Positions 57,153-64,000 of a stretch of 64,000 nt of DNA are shown piece after piece. Position 1 is the first letter of the stretch; each line of letters opens with the position of its first letter. A model generated the notes under the pieces. The model ran no database searches and was not told the origin of the DNA. It saw only the letters and a program-made list of their open reading frames with translations. The stretch is taken from positions 20,754 to 84,753 of the forward strand of contig CAYLUN010000010.1 of the NCBI GenBank assembly GCA_964386865.1, in the 5' to 3' direction. The stretch comes from an uncultured Lentisphaeraceae bacterium (GTDB lineage Bacteria; Verrucomicrobiota; Kiritimatiellia; RFP12; UBA1067). Position numbers and translations under genes: made by a program.

Positions 57153-60100
57153 ATGCGTGCGCGGTTCATGGGGTTCGGTTATGCGGCACTCGTGTTGGCC
57201 TGCTGTTTGCTGGGGCTTCGTGAGGCGTGTGCCGCGCCGTTGACCATCGAGGCCTCGGCCTTTGACCGCGGCAACGTGCGGGTGAGCGTAACGGGTCAAC
57301 CCTATGCAGACGGCCCCGGCTGCATCTGGCACGGCGGCGCCTCGCCCGACAAGGCCGAGTACTACATCGAGTTTCCGGCAGACGGCGCTTATGCGCTCGA
57401 AGCCCTTTACGCGGCTCAGGACTCGCGGCCGGTCAACATTCTGCTGGATGACGTGGCGGTTCACACCGGCTTCACGTCGACAACGGGCGGCTGGACGACC
57501 AAGACCGCCCGGTGGGAGCGGCAGCTCGTCCTGACGAAGGTGGTCGCAGGGACACGGAAGCTGACGCTGCTGCGCAACGGCCCGATGCCGCATATCTGCG
57601 CGCTGAGGCTTGAGCCGACGCAGCCCCTTCCGGCGGGCCGGGCGCTTGAGCGAGCGTCGCCGGAGAGTGTGGCCGCACGGCTGAAGGAGGCCGCGCAGCG
57701 CGAGCGCGTCGCCGAGCTGCGCCAGAGGCTCTGCGCCTATGAGCCCAAGGCGGTGCGTCTGGCCTTAGACGATCTCGCGCAGACCTTTCCCGCGCGCGTC
57801 GATGCCTCCGCCGGGCGCCAAGCCGTGGAGGCGTACGAGCGCGAGCGAGAACGGATTGAGCAGGCGCTGGACAAGGGGCAGTGTCCTGATCCCGAGCCGC
57901 TGGAGACACGCATTGCGGCCGTACGCGCTGCGCTTCTGGCAAACCCGCTGCTGGATTTCGACCGGCTGCTGGTGGTGCGCCGTAACTTCCGCGGCGACCA
58001 GGCGCGGCAGGTCACGGGGGCTGGCGCGGGCTTCGTTCCGGCCGGCTGGCAGAACGCGGTCGGGATTCCGAAGCTGAAATGGGACAACGAGATTGTGCTG
58101 CTCTCCGGCCTGCGCGGCACCCCGAAGGCGGAGGTTCTGCACAAGCCGGAGAACGGCCGGATCGTGCGCGACGTGTGCCTGGACTTTTCCGGCGACCGCC
58201 TGCTCTTCTCGAGCCGCTCCGAGACCGACCGGTGGTCCGTCTGTGAGCTAAACGTCGCCGACAAGAGCGTGAGCCAACTGACGCCGACAAACTACCCGGA
58301 CGTGGATTTCTTCGACGCCTGCTACCTGCCAAACGGCAAGGTTGTCATGGCTTCGACCGCGAACTACCAGGGCATTCCGTGCGTGGGCGGCAGCAGCCCA
58401 AGCTGCGGCCTTTACCTGCTCGATCCGGCCACGCAGGCCGTCCGGCAGCTGACCTTTGACCAGGATAACGACTACAGCCCGCGGGTTCTGAACGACGGGC
58501 GGGTGCTGTATCTCCGGTGGGAGTACAGCGACATCCCGCACTACTTCGCGCGCCGCCTGATGTCCATGAATCCGGACGGCACCGGACAGCTGGCGCTGTA
58601 CGGCAGCAACGGCTGGTTCCCGGTGGGCTTCCGCTTCGCCGCGCCGGTGCCGGGCAGCTCAGGCCGCCTGGCCGGAATCATCGCCGGGCACCACGAGTGC
58701 GGCGAGTTCGGGCGCATGGCCCTTCTGGATCCGGCACGCGCCTCGCACTATCCCTTCCGGTTCCGCCCGGATTCCAAGGTGTGGGGCGAGCGCGAGGCGA
58801 AGCCGGCGGACAGCCCGCGCCCCGACGGGCAGCGCGTGCGGATCAGGGAGGAGACGCCGTGCGTGGTGGTTCCGGAGATCCTGCCGGCGGACCAGACCGG
58901 CTGGGTGCAGCTCATTCCGGGTTTCGGTAAGACGGTCGCCGGCGTGGTCTGCGACGCGATCATGACCGATTACTACGCCAAGCAGAACCCCGCGCTCACC
59001 GTTTCGGCCGGCGGCTTGCCGGCGGGCGACGCCGACTTTTATCGCAACGTCAAGCGAACAGCCACTCTGACCACGCATCCGTGCCCGCTGAGCGACAGGT
59101 ACTTTCTGGTATCGCAGAAGAACCGCGACAACGACCTGTGGGGCATCTATCTGGTGGACGTGTTCGACAACGCCACGCTGCTCGCGGAAGCGGAGGGCGC
59201 GGCGCTGTTCGAGCCGGTACCCTTGCGCGCGCGCCCCAAGCCGCCCGTCATTCCGGACCGCACCGCGCCGGCGAGCCGGACCGCCGACGTACACATCGCG
59301 GACCTCTACGCGGGGCCGGGGCTGCGGGGCGTGCCGCGCGGCACGGTCAGCCGGCTGCGCGTCTTCTCCTACCACTTCGGCTACAACCAGAAGGCGGGGC
59401 CCGGCTACGTGGGGATGCAGTCGGGCTGGGACATGAAGCGGGTGCTGGGCACGGCGACCGTCGAGTCTGACGGGTCTGCGCACTTCCAGATTCCCGCCAA
59501 CACGCCCGTCTCCCTCCAGCCGCTGGACCGCGAGGGCCAGGCGGTGCAACTGATGCGCACGTGGCTGGTCGGCATGCCGGGCGAGAGGGTCTCCTGCGTG
59601 GGCTGCCATGAGGAGCGCTCGACCACCCTGCCGCTGCAGCGCAGCCTCGCCAGCCAGCGGGCGGCTGAGGCGCTGGAGCCCTGGTGCGGCCCGCCGCGGC
59701 CGTTCGCCTTTGCGCACGAGGTCTACCCCGTGCTGGCGAAGTCTTGCGTCGGCTGCCATAGCGGCGCGGCGGCCGCAGGGCCGCGGAGCAAGCCGTCGTT
59801 CAAGGACGCCGACAGCGCCTATGCCGGGCTGCGGCCATACGTCCACGTGCCGGCCTTGGAGAGCGACATGGCGCTGCTGACGCCCATGGAGTACCACGCG
59901 TCGACCAGCCCGCTGGTTCAGATGCTGGCGAAAGGGCATCACGGCGTGACGTGGTCCGCGCTGGGCGGCGAGGCCCGCGAGCGCCTGACCTGCTGGATCG
60001 ATCTGAACGCGCCGAACCGCGGGAGCTGGGCGCCGCCGGCGCATGCCGAGCGCAATCAGATCCAGCGCCGCCGCGAGCTGGCCGAGCGTTTCGCGCACGT

Positions 60101-61130
60101 CGAGGACAGTCCGGAGGCGGAGGGCCAGGAGATCGCGGAGCGGCTGCGGAGCGGCGAGCCTGTCCGCTTCGTCGCGCCGCCGCCCGAGGAGCCGGCCCGT
60201 CCGGACGGCCTGAAGGCGCAGGGCTTCCCGCTGGCGGCGTCCGAGGCGCGCCAGCTCCAGCAGGCGTCCGGCGCGGCGGTGCGGCGGACGGTGGAGCTGG
60301 GTGACGGGGTCAGCCTGGCGCTGGTGCGAATCCCGGCAGGCGCCTTCGTGATGGGCAGCTTGGACGGGGCGCCGGATGAGCGGCCGCGCGCGGTGGTGCG
60401 CGTCGACCGGCCGTTCTGGATGGGCGTCACCGAGGTGGACAACGCGCAGTACGCGGCGTTCGATCCGGCGCACGACACGCGCTACGTCGACATGCACGGG
60501 ATCAACCGCGTCACGCCGGGCTACATCGCCAACCACCCCGAGCAGCCCGTCGCGCGGGTCTCGTGGGAGGAGGCCCAGCGGTTCTGCGCGTGGCTGAGCC
60601 GGAAAGCCGGGCTGAAGGTGACGCTGCCCACCGAGGCCCAGTGGGAGTGGGCCGCGCGCGCCGGGGCGGAGACGCCGTTCTTCTACGGCACGCAGGAGGC
60701 GGACTTCGGCCGCTTCGCCAATTTGGCCGACCGCTCGCTGCGCTGGTTTGACACAAGCTGGGAGGGCCGCGGCAGCCTGCTGCAGAAGCGCTTCGCCTAC
60801 CCGGAGAACAACAACCTCCCGCTGCGCGACGAACGCTTCAGCGACGGCTGGTTTGTGGTGGACTATTGCGGGCGGATCGAGGCCAACGCGTGGGGGCTGA
60901 AGGACATGGTCGGGAACGTCAGCGAGTGGACGCGCTCGGACTACCGGCCCTATCCCTACCGCGACGGTGACGGACGGAACGGCGAAGCGAGCCCTGAGCG
61001 GAAAGTGGCCCGAGGCGGCTCGTGGGCCGACCGCCCCGCCGACGCAGGCGCCTCCGTGCGCCGCGCCTACCAGCCGTGGCAGAGAGTCTACAATGTCGGC
61101 TTTCGCGTGAGCGCGGAGGCGAACGACTAG
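57153..61130 (+). CDS. large secreted multidomain protein: N-terminal beta-sandwich, TolB-like beta-propeller, two CxxCH motifs (PSCyt-like), C-terminal FGE-sulfatase (formylglycine-generating-enzyme family) domain
   Basis: 1325 aa. Signal peptide. 'SCVGCHEERS' and 'SCVGCHSGA' CxxCH motifs. C-terminal 'VRIPAGAFVMGS...RGGSWAD...YNVGFRV' is the FGE/SUMF1 family pattern. Confidence 0.7.
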   Translation: MRARFMGFGYAALVLACCLLGLREACAAPLTIEASAFDRGNVRVSVTGQPYADGPGCIWHGGASPDKAEYYIEFPADGAYALEALYAAQDSRPVNILLDDVAVHTGFTSTTGGWTTKTARWERQLVLTKVVAGTRKLTLLRNGPMPHICALRLEPTQPLPAGRALERASPESVAARLKEAAQRERVAELRQRLCAYEPKAVRLALDDLAQTFPARVDASAGRQAVEAYERERERIEQALDKGQCPDPEPLETRIAAVRAALLANPLLDFDRLLVVRRNFRGDQARQVTGAGAGFVPAGWQNAVGIPKLKWDNEIVLLSGLRGTPKAEVLHKPENGRIVRDVCLDFSGDRLLFSSRSETDRWSVCELNVADKSVSQLTPTNYPDVDFFDACYLPNGKVVMASTANYQGIPCVGGSSPSCGLYLLDPATQAVRQLTFDQDNDYSPRVLNDGRVLYLRWEYSDIPHYFARRLMSMNPDGTGQLALYGSNGWFPVGFRFAAPVPGSSGRLAGIIAGHHECGEFGRMALLDPARASHYPFRFRPDSKVWGEREAKPADSPRPDGQRVRIREETPCVVVPEILPADQTGWVQLIPGFGKTVAGVVCDAIMTDYYAKQNPALTVSAGGLPAGDADFYRNVKRTATLTTHPCPLSDRYFLVSQKNRDNDLWGIYLVDVFDNATLLAEAEGAALFEPVPLRARPKPPVIPDRTAPASRTADVHIADLYAGPGLRGVPRGTVSRLRVFSYHFGYNQKAGPGYVGMQSGWDMKRVLGTATVESDGSAHFQIPANTPVSLQPLDREGQAVQLMRTWLVGMPGERVSCVGCHEERSTTLPLQRSLASQRAAEALEPWCGPPRPFAFAHEVYPVLAKSCVGCHSGAAAAGPRSKPSFKDADSAYAGLRPYVHVPALESDMALLTPMEYHASTSPLVQMLAKGHHGVTWSALGGEARERLTCWIDLNAPNRGSWAPPAHAERNQIQRRRELAERFAHVEDSPEAEGQEIAERLRSGEPVRFVAPPPEEPARPDGLKAQGFPLAASEARQLQQASGAAVRRTVELGDGVSLALVRIPAGAFVMGSLDGAPDERPRAVVRVDRPFWMGVTEVDNAQYAAFDPAHDTRYVDMHGINRVTPGYIANHPEQPVARVSWEEAQRFCAWLSRKAGLKVTLPTEAQWEWAARAGAETPFFYGTQEADFGRFANLADRSLRWFDTSWEGRGSLLQKRFAYPENNNLPLRDERFSDGWFVVDYCGRIEANAWGLKDMVGNVSEWTRSDYRPYPYRDGDGRNGEASPERKVARGGSWADRPADAGASVRRAYQPWQRVYNVGFRVSAEAND

Positions 61131-61142
61131 TGGGGAGCGCGT

Positions 61143-61934
61143 ATGGCTGACAAGAAACCAAACTACGATGTGCCGAGCCTGAAGACAGGCTTTGAAATGC
61201 TCGAGTTCCTCTCGCGCCATCCGCGCGGGCGGCTGCTGACGGAGGTCGCCGAGGAGCTGTCATGCCCTGTCTCCAGCGCCTACCGCATCGCCGTGGCGCT
61301 GGAGAATCTGGGCCTGCTGTCGCGCGACCCGGAGACGAAGCAGATGCGTCTCACTAACAAGCTCTTGCAGATCGGCCAGCGTGCCATCACGGAGACCAAC
61401 TTGGTGGAGCACGCGCTGGACCTCATGCGCGAGCTGCGCGACCGCGTGCAGGACACCGTGCTTATCGGCGTGCGCGAGGGCAAGGAGGTCATCGTGCTGG
61501 ACGAGGCCATCGGCACGCGCATGTTCTGCTTCGTCTCCAAGCTCGGCTACCGCATCGGCGTCTCCTGTTCCGCGCCCGGCAAGGCGATCCTCGCCTTCCT
61601 GCCCGCACACGAGCGCGACGAGCTGATCGCCGCAATCAAGTTCATCCGCTACAATGAGCGGACAATTACGTCGAAGGAACAGTTGCGCCGCGAACTGGCC
61701 GGGGTAGTTGAGAAGGGCTACGCCTTCGACGACAGCGAGCAGTTCGAGGGCATCTACTGCATCGGCGCGCCGGTGTTCGACCGCAGCGGCTATCCGGTCG
61801 CGGCCGTGTGGACAACCGGGCTGATGATGAATATCGACCGGAAACACATTCCGGAGATCGGCGCGACCGTCAGAGCCCACGCCGACCGCATCTCGGCACG
61901 CTTGGGGTATAACAAGGGAAGGACGTTCGAATGA
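61143..61934 (+). CDS. IclR-family transcriptional regulator
   Basis: 263 aa. N-terminal wHTH ('LEFLSRHPRGRLLTEVAEELSCPVSSAYRIAVALENLGLL') and C-terminal IclR effector domain. Confidence 0.85.
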   Translation: MADKKPNYDVPSLKTGFEMLEFLSRHPRGRLLTEVAEELSCPVSSAYRIAVALENLGLLSRDPETKQMRLTNKLLQIGQRAITETNLVEHALDLMRELRDRVQDTVLIGVREGKEVIVLDEAIGTRMFCFVSKLGYRIGVSCSAPGKAILAFLPAHERDELIAAIKFIRYNERTITSKEQLRRELAGVVEKGYAFDDSEQFEGIYCIGAPVFDRSGYPVAAVWTTGLMMNIDRKHIPEIGATVRAHADRISARLGYNKGRTFE

Positions 61935-64000
61935 ATCATGGACTATGGGCGGGCATGGTGGCGCTGGGAACGCTGGCTGTGATGGACTCTGCGGTCGCAG
62001 GGCCGCGCGTGCGCGTCGAGGAAGAAGCGCGCAAGGCGTTGACGGTGACGGCGGATCCCGTCAGCACGAATGCTGTCACGTCCATCGCCTTTCCGGCGCA
62101 GCAGGCCAAGGTTGTCCGGCTGGTGATTCGCACGACCCACGGCGGCGCGGCGTGTCTGGACGAGCTGGAGCTTTACGCGCCGGACGGGAAGGAGAACCTC
62201 GCGCTTGCCTCGCGCGGCGCGGTGGCGCGCGCCTCCTCCGTGATTTCCGGCTATGCGATCCACGCCGTCGCGCATCTGAACGACGGACAGGCCGGGAACG
62301 ACCACAGCTGGATCGCCGCGACACCGAATGAGGAGTGGGCGGAGATTGAGCTGCCGCAGGCGACCCTGGTCTCTCGGGTTGACTTCTCGCGTGACCGCAC
62401 GGGGAAGTTTACCGACCGGCATCCGAAGGATGTTGAGATCAGAATGTCCATGGACGGCAAGGCTTGGACAACGGTTTCCAAAGCCACGTGCGTGAATAAT
62501 AAGAAGCAGTCCTCATTAACGCTGCCGGCTTCGGCGCTGAAGGAACCGACGTGGAAGGGCGTTGTGGAATACGCCTTCCGGTGTGAGCGCGACACGTGGG
62601 GGCGGATGGACGCGAAGGATGAACTCTCGCCGCTGCTTAAGGATCGTCCGGCCGTTCCCGGCGGTGCGCCGTACTGGGGACGCGTCGCGCGGCTGTCGGC
62701 GGTCGAACGCGCGCTCGTTCAGTTCGAGGAGATGACCGCACGCCTCGCCGCGCAGGGCCTGGCGGTCGCGAAGGAGCAAGGCGAACTGGCGGCGCTGCGC
62801 GCCCGCGTGAAGTCGGAAGGGGAGTCAGACGCGCTCTATCTCGCGGCGCGATACGCCAAACGCCGGCTTTTCTTCCGCGATCCGCGGCTGGCGCCGGCGG
62901 GGCGCGTGCTCTTTGCGAAGCAGCATCCGCTCGAGCCCTCGCACAACTACAGCGAGCATATGGACGGCAAATACGTCGCAGGCGGCGGCGTCTATGTGCT
63001 GCACGTCCCGCGCGACGCGGAAGACCGGCTTGACCCCGCGTCCGCAGAGGTGGAGATGCTGTTCGACGGCTCGGCTGGAATCGTGCGACATCCGGTTTCC
63101 GACGTTGACGGGCAGACCCTCTTTTTCGCCTACCGGCCCGAAAAGCCCGAGGTGGAGGGCTGGTTGCCCTACTGGCACCTGTGGACGATGCGCGCGGACG
63201 GCAGCGGGGCGCGCAAGCTCACCGAGGGGCCCTTTCACGATTTCGATCCTGTGCCGCTGCCCGACGGCGGGCTGGGTTTTATCTCCACCCGCTGCGTCTC
63301 GCGCTTCCTCTGCTGGCAGCCGCAGGCTTACGTGCTTTATCGCATGAAGCGCGACGGCACAGACATGAAACGTCTTTCCCATGCCAACCTCAGCGAGTGG
63401 GATCCGGCCGTGACCCGCGACGGGCGTATTTTATGGACGCGCTCCGAATATCTGGATAAGGGAGCGGACTTCGGGCACACGCTGTGGTCGATCCGCCCCG
63501 ACGGAACCCATCCCGAGTTGGTCTTTGGCAATAACACACCCTACTGCTACGGCCATGCGCGCGAGGTGCCAGACAGCCAGGAGATCGTTTGCACGCTCAT
63601 CACGCACGGCGATCATCAGGGGCCCATTGCGCTGATCGACCGGTCGAAGGGGCTGTATGAGACCGCCGCGATCACCAGCATCACGCCTGACACTAGGCCG
63701 CGGTATCAGATGGACCGTTCGCATCAGGAGACCTTCCGTTATCCCGAGCCCGTCTCGCGCGACCACGTTCTGGTCAGCCACAGCCCCGGGCCGCGCTCGC
63801 ACTGGGGACTGTATGTCATCGACCGTTATGGCAACCGCGAGCTGCTCTACCTCGACCCAGCGATCAGCAGTAAAAAGCCTTCGCTGCTGCGCGCGCGTGT
63901 CAGTCCGCCGGTGCTGCAGGATGTGACGGATGCGAAGTTGGCGGCGCAGGGCTTAGGCCAGTTCACCGTGCAAGACGTCTACGAGGGCTTGGGAAGCAGC
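61931..64000 (+). CDS. secreted F5/8-type-C (discoidin)-like domain + TolB-like beta-propeller protein, 3'-truncated by window end
   Basis: ATG 61931 overlaps the iclR stop (ATGA). Signal-like 'MNHGLWAGMVALGTLAV'. Discoidin-like 'VVRLVIRTTHGGAACLDELELYAPDG'. Propeller repeats resemble the middle of the 57153..61130 protein. No stop before the window end. Confidence 0.6.
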   Translation, partial: MNHGLWAGMVALGTLAVMDSAVAGPRVRVEEEARKALTVTADPVSTNAVTSIAFPAQQAKVVRLVIRTTHGGAACLDELELYAPDGKENLALASRGAVARASSVISGYAIHAVAHLNDGQAGNDHSWIAATPNEEWAEIELPQATLVSRVDFSRDRTGKFTDRHPKDVEIRMSMDGKAWTTVSKATCVNNKKQSSLTLPASALKEPTWKGVVEYAFRCERDTWGRMDAKDELSPLLKDRPAVPGGAPYWGRVARLSAVERALVQFEEMTARLAAQGLAVAKEQGELAALRARVKSEGESDALYLAARYAKRRLFFRDPRLAPAGRVLFAKQHPLEPSHNYSEHMDGKYVAGGGVYVLHVPRDAEDRLDPASAEVEMLFDGSAGIVRHPVSDVDGQTLFFAYRPEKPEVEGWLPYWHLWTMRADGSGARKLTEGPFHDFDPVPLPDGGLGFISTRCVSRFLCWQPQAYVLYRMKRDGTDMKRLSHANLSEWDPAVTRDGRILWTRSEYLDKGADFGHTLWSIRPDGTHPELVFGNNTPYCYGHAREVPDSQEIVCTLITHGDHQGPIALIDRSKGLYETAAITSITPDTRPRYQMDRSHQETFRYPEPVSRDHVLVSHSPGPRSHWGLYVIDRYGNRELLYLDPAISSKKPSLLRARVSPPVLQDVTDAKLAAQGLGQFTVQDVYEGLGSS

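Noticed and set aside
58659-61220. 853-aa antisense ORF inside the 1325-aa FGE-domain gene
   Set aside because: Composition-driven spurious ORF. The sense frame encodes recognisable propeller, CxxCH and FGE motifs.

Overview
High-GC (~68%) bacterial chromosome segment. The gene content points to an anaerobic member of the Planctomycetes-Verrucomicrobia-Chlamydiae (PVC) group: a Chlamydia-like long GreA sits next to dksA-lspA, there is a fused MFS/spermidine-synthase protein, PSCyt-type CxxCH domains, and many sulfatase and glycoside hydrolase genes.

Layout:
- 0-21.8 kb: mostly housekeeping genes. Partial VapB-like antitoxin plus PIN toxin, POT peptide transporter, M16 peptidase, aminotransferase, radC, miaA, lspA, a DksA-like zinc finger with a histone-H1-like tail, long GreA, an Fkp-like bifunctional sugar kinase/nucleotidyltransferase, prfB, a UAP-family UDP-sugar pyrophosphorylase, gpmI, a cell-wall amidase, coaC and gmk.
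- 22-26.4 kb: a composite glycoside hydrolase (clan GH-A domain plus GH88/GH105-like six-hairpin domain), a BspA-type leucine-rich-repeat (LRR) pseudogene, and superoxide reductase.
- 26.5-36.6 kb (minus strand): a seven-gene complex-I / hydrogenase-4 (Hyf)-like membrane oxidoreductase operon. Its 'large subunit' has lost the N-terminal NiFe-ligating cysteines, which makes it an Ehr-type (energy-converting hydrogenase related) complex. An HTH-PTS-EIIA(Ntr)-fusion regulator heads the operon.
- 36.7-38.6 kb: tRNA-Ala(CGC) and tRNA-Arg(UCU) flank a small XRE-type helix-turn-helix (HTH) gene, a GH43 and a small ORF.
- 38.7-45.4 kb: a HAD-like hypothetical, mazG, a 2-oxoacid:ferredoxin oxidoreductase operon (delta, alpha, beta-gamma fusion), and a fused membrane/spermidine-synthase protein.
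- 45.5-64 kb: a carbohydrate/sulfatase locus. AraC regulator, GH81, a NYN/OST-HTH protein, a beta-helix enzyme, an ATP-grasp protein, GH2, sulfatase, a 1325-aa secreted protein (beta-propeller, two CxxCH motifs, C-terminal FGE-sulfatase domain), an IclR regulator, and a partial paralogous beta-propeller protein.

Non-coding structure:
- Two inverted arrays of a (GGTCAGA)n heptamer, each immediately 3' of a gene.
- Two copies of a REP-like palindrome between convergent genes.
- Two copies of a ~125-bp MITE-like element with ~21-bp terminal inverted repeats and flanking direct repeats.
- A GTTAC-rich repeat block between lspA and miaA.

No rRNA or CRISPR was seen. Coordinates carry a possible +/-2 nt uncertainty at minus-strand gene ends.
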